Shown: one piece after another, positions 24,081 through 31,618 of the stretch
How the letters are laid out: every line of letters starts with the position of its first letter
Numbering within the stretch: the first letter of the stretch is position 1
Source of the DNA: Pyrodictium delaneyi
GTDB lineage: Archaea; Thermoproteota; Thermoprotei_A; Sulfolobales; Pyrodictiaceae
Length of the DNA: 32,000 bases
Direction: 5' to 3'
Assembly (NCBI RefSeq): GCF_001412615.1
Contig: NZ_CP013011.1
Span: 690,001-722,000, forward strand
Position numbers and translations under genes: made by a program
The notes under the pieces: generated by a model
Database searches by the model: none
What the model saw: the letters and a program-made list of their open reading frames with translations, nothing else
Told to the model about the DNA's origin: nothing

Positions 24081-24406
24081 CCGAAGAGGAAGTAGGCTAT
24101 CGTCAGCGCGAAAGTTATTATGAAGCCGCCTATCAGCACGTTCCGCAGCTTCTGCGGAGCCTCCTTGTCGCCCTGGTAGAACTGTATCCCCGTCCATATC
24201 AGCCCGCCGAGGAACAGCATCCATGCTATGAAAATGATGAATCCTAGGAAGCGGCTGAAGAAGCCCTTGACCTCCGGCGGAGCATCCGGCGTTATGTTCA
24301 GCTCTGGCGGCTTAACCACTGTAGCTGTCTCCGCGTAGGCCACCAAAGGGAACTGCCCCACGAGCAGCACGAGAGCGGCTACCGCGCATAGCTCCACACG
24401 CCTCAC
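24077..24406 (-). CDS. VirB2/TrbC/CedA1-like conjugative pilin candidate
   Basis: 109 aa with GTG start. A Sec-type signal peptide ends AYA/ETA. The mature protein has two hydrophobic helices, FLGFIIFIAWMLFLGGLIWTGI and VLIGGFIITFALTIAYFLF, joined by the short polar loop QFYQGDKEAPQKLRN. Confidence 0.65.
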   Translation of the reverse strand: MRRVELCAVAALVLLVGQFPLVAYAETATVVKPPELNITPDAPPEVKGFFSRFLGFIIFIAWMLFLGGLIWTGIQFYQGDKEAPQKLRNVLIGGFIITFALTIAYFLFG

Positions 24407-24450
24407 GGCTATGCACCTCCACGGCGTGGATTGGAGATGAAAAAGGAGGG

Positions 24451-24864
24451 CTAGACCTGGAATGAGAATTCATCCTCCTTGGTCTTTCCGCCTTCCTCGT
24501 AGACCACCTTTATGACGTGCTTGCCGCCGGGCAGCAGCTCGTCGAGGTCTATGGTTTTCTTGTGCTCGTCGCCGGGGCCGAGGCTCTTCGGGAGCCCTAG
24601 GTCGCTCGTTATGTTCCTCGTGCCGTCGATGTAGACCTGTAGGACCTTTATCGCCGAGCCACCGCTGTTACGCAGCGCTATGACCAGGTGTGTCTCGTCG
24701 TCCAGCGTTATCGGCTTAACCGTTACATCAAGGCTGCCGTGCGTCATCGAGGATACTTGGCCCTGAGCCCAGCTATAGATGCCGTAGGCCGCTACGATGC
24801 TGACAATCGTCAGGGCTATCGCGGCTACCACGTAGCTTACCCCGCGCAGCTTCGAGCGCCCCAT
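24451..24864 (-). CDS. archaeal type IV pilin (class III signal peptide)
   Basis: The ATG at 24864 gives MGRSKLRG/VSYVVAAIALTIVSIVAAYGIY followed by a beta-rich domain. The 46-codon upstream extension of the longest ORF looks non-coding. Confidence 0.8.
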   Translation of the reverse strand: MGRSKLRGVSYVVAAIALTIVSIVAAYGIYSWAQGQVSSMTHGSLDVTVKPITLDDETHLVIALRNSGGSAIKVLQVYIDGTRNITSDLGLPKSLGPGDEHKKTIDLDELLPGGKHVIKVVYEEGGKTKEDEFSFQV

Positions 24865-25058
24865 AGCCCCACCCCGTTCTCTCCGCCCTACAAGCTGGCA
24901 AGGGAGACTGCCATGACGTGGAGGCTCTGCTAGCCGGGGCGAGACCGGGAGAAAGAGCAGCCACGGGGCCATGGCTGAGGAGAGTAATGCATGGAGAGGC
25001 ATGGAGGGGCGTAGATGCGTGGGGGTTAAAGGGGGCCGTGTAGAAGAATCAAGTCGTT

Positions 25059-25080
25059 CATCGGTCTCCGATGTGTTTCT
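25059..25080 (-). terminator. possible terminator after the regulator gene
   Basis: On the minus strand a hairpin CATCGG-AGA-CCGATG is followed by the T-rich run TTGATTCTTCT. It lies in the 230-nt gap before the pilin gene. Confidence 0.3.
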
Positions 25081-25095
25081 CCCGTAACACCCGCT

Positions 25096-25905
25096 TCATG
25101 GAGTGTCTCCCAGGAGCCGCCACCGGCCCTCCGCCACCCGCGCTACGTAGCCCATGTCTGCTAGCTTCCCTAGCAGCTTGCCAGCAGAGTTCGGCGTCAG
25201 AGCCATTAGCTCTGCGAAGTCGTCTGTAGAGAACTCTCTATCCCCGAAGACTCTCCTCATGCTGCTGAGGAGCGCGTGCACGTTTATCTTGACCCGTGCG
25301 GATATGTAGTGCTCGCCCACGCTCCCAGCCCTCCACTCGTTAGAGCGTGCCGGGAGAAGGAGAGCAGCCACCTCGCCACGCCACGTGTCGCCGACGTAGC
25401 ACGTCTCTATGCCGCGGCAGAGCGGCGTATAGCCATCGAGGGCCACGACTATGGAGGCGTACGCCTTGACCCTGCCAGCGTGGACGCCCAACAGCTTGTA
25501 GGCGTAGCCGCCGCGTAGGAGCTCGCGGTGGGGTATGCCTAGCCTCTCCGCCACAAGCCTTACGGCTCGGTAGAAGCTAGCCCTCGAGGACCCTGCTAGG
25601 CTCCAAGCCTCCTCAGGCTTCATCCTCTCCCGCCGCTGCCGGGCAGCCTCGACAGTATCTATCCAGAATATCGTGGCTGCCGCTAGCGCCCTGGGGTCGC
25701 GGCCGCGGCCTGGGCCCACCAGCTGGGCTAGGAGCCTGGCGAGACGGGCAGCTTCGAGCGCGTTGTATCCCTGGCTCCTGGCTAGCCTGTCGACGTGCTG
25801 AAGGTACTCGAGAGCCCCGGGCATCTCCGGTATCGGTGGTGGAGGAAGACGTCGCACTAGCACCTCCAAGACACTTCTCCCGAGGGCCATCTCCGAACAG
25901 GTCAT
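25096..25905 (-). CDS. putative transcription factor: TFB-cyclin-like segment + C-terminal winged helix
   Basis: 269 aa. GRGRDPRALAAATIFWIDTV...SRASFYRAVRLVAERLGI resembles a TFB/TFIIB cyclin repeat. C-terminus FSTDDFAELMALTPNSAGKLLGKLADMGYVARVAEGRW is wHTH-like. This is a tentative call. Confidence 0.6.
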   Translation of the reverse strand: MTCSEMALGRSVLEVLVRRLPPPPIPEMPGALEYLQHVDRLARSQGYNALEAARLARLLAQLVGPGRGRDPRALAAATIFWIDTVEAARQRRERMKPEEAWSLAGSSRASFYRAVRLVAERLGIPHRELLRGGYAYKLLGVHAGRVKAYASIVVALDGYTPLCRGIETCYVGDTWRGEVAALLLPARSNEWRAGSVGEHYISARVKINVHALLSSMRRVFGDREFSTDDFAELMALTPNSAGKLLGKLADMGYVARVAEGRWRLLGDTP

Positions 25906-25967
25906 ACCCGTTTAGCGTTGCCCGCTTGCAATTCTTGAGGATTTGTATGGAGGGGGTGGAAGAGGGG

Positions 25968-28010
25968 CTAGCGGGGGAGGGGCAGCGGGGCCATAGCAGC
26001 CAGTGCTGCAAGCAGCACGGCCAACAGCGCGTAGAGGGTGTTGCGCAGTGTCTGGTCGCTGGCCTTGGCCGCGAGCAGCCCCATAGCTAGCCCCGCTAGC
26101 CCGGCGAGGGCTAGGCTCCACTGGTAGGCTACGTCGAAGGCCGCGAGGACCTCCCGGGGCAGCGCCATGGGGCCCTTGGAGAGCACAGCCGTCTCCAGGT
26201 AGCGGCGGGCTATCGGCGCCAGGAAGCGCAGAGAGGCCACGGCGCCAGCGGGCGTCAGCACCGCCATGAGCTGCAGCATCCTCAGCCTCTCGCGGGCCTC
26301 CCTCCATGCCTGCAAGTGCATCTCTACGAGCCTTACAAGCCTCTCCAAGGCCTCCGGCGACGCGGCGCCATACCTTGACATGAGGTGTAGCGTCGAGAGC
26401 ACGTAGCGGAGGAGCCACGACTGGGCCTCGACGCGGCCACGGGCTGCTGAGCGCAGCCTGAGCGCCAGCACACCGCCCACGTGCTCGGCAGCCAGCTCCA
26501 GCGCCCTAGGGACCGGGTGCCCCATCTTCACGTACTCTACCACAATCCTCAGAGCGTCTGCCAGCCTAGCCTCCTCGGCCCTCTTCACGTTGTACTGTGT
26601 GAGCCACATGGCGCCGTAGGCGCCGGCGGCGAGCGCTAGGCTCGCAAACACCACGCCAGCGCCGGGCTCGAGGAAGCCTAGGAATGCCATGAGTGGCGGG
26701 ATGCTCGCAGCTATGGCTGCCGCAGCCACGCCAGCGGCGTCCCGGTACTTCTCGCGGAGCCGAGGCTGCACTGCGTTCAGCATGAGGTAGAATGCTGTGG
26801 CTAGCAGCGGGAGGCCAGCAGTCATCGCGGAGAGCATCGCCACTACAGCGTGCATGTTCAAGACCAAGGCGAAGGCGGCGAACAAACCGACGCCGAGGAA
26901 CACGACAACGAGCGCCATAACGGCGTTTGCGCGCTCCGCGTACTCCACCAGCCTGACGCGCAGAGCCTCCATCGCCCTCCAGACAGCGTCGCCGAGGTAG
27001 GCTGCCACGTCCCCACCACTGCTCTTCACAGCGTCCACGAACCTGTAGAAGTCCCTCAACACCTTGCTAGGCTGCATGGCAGCTACGAGGCCTAGTCCGC
27101 GGCGGGCATAGACCCCGTCGAGCCATGTGCCGGGAAAGAGCTCCCTGTGGCGCGCCGCCTCTATCAGCGCAGCCTCGGGCTCGGCGCCCCCGCCCGAGAC
27201 CATGAGCCACATCCAGAACGCCACGTAGGGGTGCTCCTCCTCCGCGAGCCTGGCTCTCTCGGCTAGCTTCGCCCTGGCGTAGGACTTTATCCCGAGAACC
27301 GTTAGCAGCGGCAGAGGGGCTGCGGCTACGAGTATCCACGGCGAGAAGAGCAGCGCCAGGGGTACCAGTGCCAGGACAGCCACAGCGGCCAGCAGTATAC
27401 TACTAGATACCAGGTATACTGCCTCACGCCGGGTGAAGCCAGCGCCGGATAGCCTTAGGTCCTCGCTGACACGCAGCTTCTGGTCGAGCCGCTCAGCCAG
27501 CCTATCCATGGCCGGAAAGGTGCTCCGGGCAACCACGTACCACGGCGGCCGTCTCTTACCTACCCTCACTACGGGGTGGTAGAGAGACCGGCCTAAGAGC
27601 CATACACCGGCGGCGAGGGCCCCGGCGCCCGGCAGCAGGCCGCTCTCGACAGGCAGCATGCCCAGCGCTGTGGAGGCTATGAGCACCGTGGCCTCGGCTA
27701 TGACTAGCACGGCAGCGATGAATGTGTAGGGGTTGCTGAGACGTATCCTCCAGAGCCTGTAGGGCGCGTGGCGGCGGCGCTCCTCCATGACAGTTATGAG
27801 TCTCCATAGTGCCTCGCTGAGGAGCCGCCCGGTCAGCCTGACGTAAAGCCATAGTGCTATAGCCAGCCCAGCCAGCAGCGAGAGAGCCACAACAGCGAGA
27901 AGGATGCCGCGCGTGGGGACCTGTGGGCGGAGGGCGAGCCAGAGGGCGAACCCTAGGGCTGTGAGGCTCACGACGGCGTACGCCAGCTCCTCGGCTCGGC
28001 CCCGCTTCAC
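25968..28010 (-). CDS. polytopic pilus-assembly platform protein (TadC/FlaJ/UpsF-like)
   Basis: The GTG at 28008-28010 overlaps the ATPase TGA. It encodes 680 aa with many TM helices and cytoplasmic helical segments, immediately downstream of the secretion ATPase. The family call rests on position and topology. Confidence 0.8.
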   Translation of the reverse strand: MKRGRAEELAYAVVSLTALGFALWLALRPQVPTRGILLAVVALSLLAGLAIALWLYVRLTGRLLSEALWRLITVMEERRRHAPYRLWRIRLSNPYTFIAAVLVIAEATVLIASTALGMLPVESGLLPGAGALAAGVWLLGRSLYHPVVRVGKRRPPWYVVARSTFPAMDRLAERLDQKLRVSEDLRLSGAGFTRREAVYLVSSSILLAAVAVLALVPLALLFSPWILVAAAPLPLLTVLGIKSYARAKLAERARLAEEEHPYVAFWMWLMVSGGGAEPEAALIEAARHRELFPGTWLDGVYARRGLGLVAAMQPSKVLRDFYRFVDAVKSSGGDVAAYLGDAVWRAMEALRVRLVEYAERANAVMALVVVFLGVGLFAAFALVLNMHAVVAMLSAMTAGLPLLATAFYLMLNAVQPRLREKYRDAAGVAAAAIAASIPPLMAFLGFLEPGAGVVFASLALAAGAYGAMWLTQYNVKRAEEARLADALRIVVEYVKMGHPVPRALELAAEHVGGVLALRLRSAARGRVEAQSWLLRYVLSTLHLMSRYGAASPEALERLVRLVEMHLQAWREARERLRMLQLMAVLTPAGAVASLRFLAPIARRYLETAVLSKGPMALPREVLAAFDVAYQWSLALAGLAGLAMGLLAAKASDQTLRNTLYALLAVLLAALAAMAPLPLPR

Positions 28011-29242
28011 CCAGCCTCCCCGCTCTCCTGGCCGGACGGGGAGACGCAGCGCCGCGGCTCGCCGCGCTCCTCCCACGTATCGGTGTCGCTGCTCCACTCC
28101 CATAGCAGCCTGAACTCTCCCTCCCAGCGCTCCCAGAGCCCGAGCATCCTCCGGGCCCTGCCTCCCTCGGGCAGCTCGACGATGCCGAGCAGTGCCACGG
28201 CGTGGAGGTTGTCTAGCAGCTCCTTGGGGACTCCTAGCAGCGTGAGCCTGGTTGTTAGCTCCTCGATGTTGCGGGCGTGGAATGTGGCGGCGCTGGCGAC
28301 CCCTAGGGAGGCGGCGTGGAAGAGGTACACTACCTCGCGGAACCGTGCCTCCGCGACCGCGACCACATGCGGCCGGAGCCGGAGGGCGTGCTTCAGCAGG
28401 TGCTCCATGGTCACGGTTATCCTCTCGGGCTCGGCTAGGCTCCTTGGCTCCCTTGTGTGGAAGCTGCTCCAGTTACGCCTCCGGAGCCGGACCTCCGGGG
28501 TCTCCTCGACAACCACCACCTTCCAGTCGGGGTCCGGCAGGCTGTCGAGCAGCGCGGCCATGAGCGTGGTCTTCCCCGCGCCCGGCGGCCCTATCACGAA
28601 CACCATGCCGCCGCCGAGGAGTAGGCAGCGCAGGTACTCGGCGGCCTCCCTGGGGAGGAGCCGGAGCTCCACGAGCCGGTCGAGGCTGTAGGGCTGGCTG
28701 GGGAACAGCCTGACAGTCAGGCTAGGCCCCGTGGAGGCCACCAGCCCCAGGGCCGCGGCTACCCGGGCCCGCCCGTAGTCGAACTCCGCGATGGGGTAGG
28801 CCGGGTTGATGCTGGTCCCCGCGCGTACGCTAAGCTCCCGTATAACGTCCTCCAGCGCCTCCCTCTCCAGGACCACGCTGGACTCCAGGTAGACGCCGGG
28901 CACCTCCCTGTGGACCACGTACACGGGCCCAGGCCGCGGCACCGACACCTCCTCGAGGCCCTCGTCCAGCACCATGGGGTAGAGGGGGCCCCAGCCGCTC
29001 ATGAGGCGCCGGACATGGTACTCTATCGCCGTGGCCTCGCGCTGGTAGACCTCCGCGTAGCCCAAGTGATCGGCGGCCGTCGCGATATTGTCGCTCTCGG
29101 GCTCCAGGCCCCGGAGCGATAGCCACTCCTCGATGGCCTTGACGGCCTCAGCAGCCTCTGGTGACAGCGCCGGCTCCTCGACGACGTAGCTCCGGGTCCT
29201 TGGGTCCACCATGTACCTGACAGGCCCTATCGTGTACTCCAC
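28007..29242 (-). CDS. type II/IV secretion-family ATPase (PilB/FlaI/VirB11/UpsE-like)
   Basis: 411 aa. Walker A GPPGAGKTT (28565-28591). Other motifs: VVVVEETPE, RLRPHVVAVAE, ATFHA. Confidence 0.92.
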   Translation of the reverse strand: MEYTIGPVRYMVDPRTRSYVVEEPALSPEAAEAVKAIEEWLSLRGLEPESDNIATAADHLGYAEVYQREATAIEYHVRRLMSGWGPLYPMVLDEGLEEVSVPRPGPVYVVHREVPGVYLESSVVLEREALEDVIRELSVRAGTSINPAYPIAEFDYGRARVAAALGLVASTGPSLTVRLFPSQPYSLDRLVELRLLPREAAEYLRCLLLGGGMVFVIGPPGAGKTTLMAALLDSLPDPDWKVVVVEETPEVRLRRRNWSSFHTREPRSLAEPERITVTMEHLLKHALRLRPHVVAVAEARFREVVYLFHAASLGVASAATFHARNIEELTTRLTLLGVPKELLDNLHAVALLGIVELPEGGRARRMLGLWERWEGEFRLLWEWSSDTDTWEERGEPRRCVSPSGQESGEAG

Positions 29243-29246
29243 GCTC

Positions 29247-29579
29247 TCACCCGCATACGGGCGGGGATACGACGTAGTACTGGCCGGGCGGGATAGTGCC
29301 GTTAAAGACGGGGACCGTCTCGTTCCAACCGTCGTTATCTATATCCGCAAAGACCCAGACCTTCAGCCCCATCTCCCGCAGCTCATCCACGTCTATGCTG
29401 GTGAAGGCGTAGCAGACGGCATGGGTGCTGTTGACGCGTATGCTCTGGAACGCGTCCACATCACCGGTATGCTGGAGCAGCTCAACCCTCGGGGCAAGAT
29501 AGCTGACCAGGAGAGCACCGAAGACGGAGGCTATGACGGCGAGGGCCACCGCGCCCACTATCTCCGAGACCCCGCGCAC
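29247..29579 (-). CDS. small pilin-like protein with class III signal peptide
   Basis: The GTG at 29579 gives (M)RG/VSEIVGAVALAVIASVFGALLV. An alternative GTG lies at 29591. The gene ends 4 nt before the ATPase start. Confidence 0.65.
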   Translation of the reverse strand: MRGVSEIVGAVALAVIASVFGALLVSYLAPRVELLQHTGDVDAFQSIRVNSTHAVCYAFTSIDVDELREMGLKVWVFADIDNDGWNETVPVFNGTIPPGQYYVVSPPVCG

Positions 29580-29609
29580 TCCTCCGGGCACCCCGCTAGG
29601 AGAGCAGGC

Positions 29610-29633
29610 GCCGGGAGACGCGCGTCTCCCGGC
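29610..29633. promoter_or_regulatory. perfect 24-bp palindrome in the divergent intergenic region
   Basis: GCCGGGAGACGC|GCGTCTCCCGGC, located between the minus-strand pilin-like start (29579) and the plus-strand start (29655/29664). Confidence 0.7.
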
Positions 29634-29654
29634 CCGCCCCTCTAGGACGGAGGG

Positions 29655-30944
29655 GTGGGAGAGGTGCGCGGACAGGGCACGGTCGTTGCAGCCGCGATAG
29701 TCCTCCCCATCCTCATAGCAGCCACGGCGGCCGCTATACTGAAGTGGCAGCAGATGGCGAGCGTCGAGGAGCTGGTGCAGACCAGCAGGAGCCGCGTCGC
29801 CCACGCAGCGGAGATGCTCAACGACACAGCGCTACATGCTAGGGATAGTGCCCTCGTGCTCGTGCAGACCAGCGACGGCCAGCTCTTGCTGAGGCAAGTG
29901 GACCCGGGCGAGACGCTAGCCCTGCCACAAGGTAGCCGGGGCTGGATCCTCGTGGGGCCCGCAGCCCAGCCCCTACAATCACTCATAAACGCCACGAGGG
30001 TCTACGAGGCGCTGGGCGAGATTGACAGCACAGTAGAGCAGCTCAACAACACCCTAAGCCAGCTCAGCTCCACTATATCTGCGGTAGAGCTGATAGCTAA
30101 TGGCTACCTGGATCCACTCTTCGTGGAGTATAGCGACGTGCTGGATCCGAACGCGTACCGTGGCTACGTGTACGTGGGCGGGTACACACTGGGGCCTCCC
30201 ATGGTGCAGCTTAGGAGCCCATATGTCTGCATAGACTATGGTAGAAGGACTGTAGAGATGAACCTGATGACAATAAGTCTGCCCGATGGGGGTAGCATCA
30301 GCGTCGTCGGCACGAAGAGTAGCGAGGGCAGCGACAGGGTTTACGTGGAGTGGTGGGTGACTTGGCCTAACGGGACCAGCGTCCTCGTAGCAAACATTAC
30401 GGGCAGTGCGTGGCGTAGCTTCAGCTTCACCGTCGGGAGCTACACGGTCACTGTCAGCGGCTACTTCTCCTGGACGAGATATACGTGGTGCGGAGAGTAC
30501 ACGTATATCCCGTGGCTCTACAGGGTCACAATCCGGATCATTGGCGAGAGAAGCGCTACACTATATATATCCACGACGGACGTGGAATGGCCCGTTGACT
30601 GGTTCAGGTGGACCGGGAGCTACAGATACGACACAATAAACGAGCTCGCTGCGAACCAGGTACTCCTAGTAGACCTCCAGACGCTCTACTGCCGCCAAGT
30701 ACAGAACTATGGCGCGAGCTGCGTCCTCGTGAGCAGCCAGCTCGATAAGCCCGTACTAACGCCGGGTAGCGCCAGCAGCATAGTGTATAGTGTCTCGTCA
30801 GAGGCGACAACAAGCTGGACGACATGCAGGTGCATAACCGTGACCAACCCCGGGCCATCGAGATACATAACGGTAAACTTCGACGGCGTGTGGATAACAC
30901 TACCACCAAGGACATTCACAGGCTCGCTCTTCGAGAACCCCTAG
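29655..30944 (+). CDS. large extracellular protein with pilin-type N-terminus (putative minor pilin/tip adhesin)
   Basis: 429 aa. The GTG at 29655, or the GTG at 29664 giving (M)RGQGTVVAAAIVLPILIAATAAAIL. The remainder is aromatic- and beta-rich with N-x-S/T sequons. Confidence 0.8.
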   Translation: MGEVRGQGTVVAAAIVLPILIAATAAAILKWQQMASVEELVQTSRSRVAHAAEMLNDTALHARDSALVLVQTSDGQLLLRQVDPGETLALPQGSRGWILVGPAAQPLQSLINATRVYEALGEIDSTVEQLNNTLSQLSSTISAVELIANGYLDPLFVEYSDVLDPNAYRGYVYVGGYTLGPPMVQLRSPYVCIDYGRRTVEMNLMTISLPDGGSISVVGTKSSEGSDRVYVEWWVTWPNGTSVLVANITGSAWRSFSFTVGSYTVTVSGYFSWTRYTWCGEYTYIPWLYRVTIRIIGERSATLYISTTDVEWPVDWFRWTGSYRYDTINELAANQVLLVDLQTLYCRQVQNYGASCVLVSSQLDKPVLTPGSASSIVYSVSSEATTSWTTCRCITVTNPGPSRYITVNFDGVWITLPPRTFTGSLFENP

Positions 30945-30996
30945 CCTGCCAGCCTTTTCTTTGAACAGCCCCGTGTCCCCTACCCTCCGGTTTACG

Positions 30997-31107
30997 CTAG
31001 CCGGCTAGAGTGCTCGAGGGTGGGGTCTCGGCCTAGGAGCTGGCTGACAGTAGTCAAAGAGCCGGCTGACGCCCCGGCTTCCCGGGCGCCGTCTCCCCGG
31101 TCAGCCG
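30997..31107. promoter_or_regulatory. repeat motifs upstream of the wHTH gene
   Basis: 12-bp palindrome CTAGCCGGCTAG (30997-31008). GCTGGCTGAC (31039-31048), GCCGGCTGAC (31061-31070), and the inverted copy GTCAGCCG (31100-31107). Confidence 0.5.
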
Positions 31108-31130
31108 TTTCTTAGACGGAGGGATGGGCT

Positions 31131-31436
31131 GTGGGCGACTGGGTCCTCTGCCGGATATTCTTCTACGGCGAGAAAACCGTGGAGATATGCAACCAGTTGC
31201 TCGACGAGCTCGTAGAACGGGGCTACATACACATAGCCCGGAGCGACCCAGAGAAGAGCATCAAGTACCACGTAGCCAAGAGGCTACGAGAACTAGGCAT
31301 ACTAATGCACCGGACCATAGAGAACTGCCGCCTCGACCGCATACACCGCATCTACGTAGCCGACCGCAAGAGGATGGCAAAGCTACGCCTCGAATTCGAC
31401 CAGCTCGACCGCCCATGGCCCATATGCATAGACTAG
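31131..31436 (+). CDS. small winged-helix protein
   Basis: 101 aa with GTG start. VEICNQLLDELVERGYIHIARSDPEKSIKYHV is wHTH-like. Preferred over the overlapping frame 31124-31510, which is Arg/Pro/His-rich. Confidence 0.6.
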   Translation: MGDWVLCRIFFYGEKTVEICNQLLDELVERGYIHIARSDPEKSIKYHVAKRLRELGILMHRTIENCRLDRIHRIYVADRKRMAKLRLEFDQLDRPWPICID

Positions 31437-31618
31437 TGCTCCAGCCCTATCTCCTCTTTTCGTCCCGTCTCTCCTCCCTCCAGGCACGTGGATGCGGCAT
31501 CCATGTCTAGCTATCCTTCTATACTAGCTCAGTACCAGCGAAGACAGTACTATCAGGTATACATTACCGATAGGGATAACGTTAGCTATCGCCGCTACGG
31601 CCATGAACGGGTGACACA

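Noticed and set aside
25613-26418. 132-aa and 168-aa minus-strand ORFs in alternative frames
   Set aside because: They overlap the regulator and platform genes in other frames, with Arg/Pro/Gly/Ala-rich shadow composition.
28083-28691. 202-aa plus-strand ORF
   Set aside because: It is antisense to the secretion ATPase, whose Walker motifs fix the real frame. Its translation is Ser/Arg-rich.
29580-29804. N-terminal extension of the longest ORF 29247-29804, and similar extensions at 24865-25002, 24081-24224 and 28011-28103
   Set aside because: The extensions are Arg/Pro/Gly-rich and overlap upstream genes or the 24-bp palindrome. Internal starts give canonical class III signal peptides or GTGA coupling.
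31124-31510. 128-aa plus-strand ORF
   Set aside because: It is an alternative frame of the wHTH gene 31131-31436. It is Arg/Pro/His-rich and lacks secondary-structure-like periodicity.
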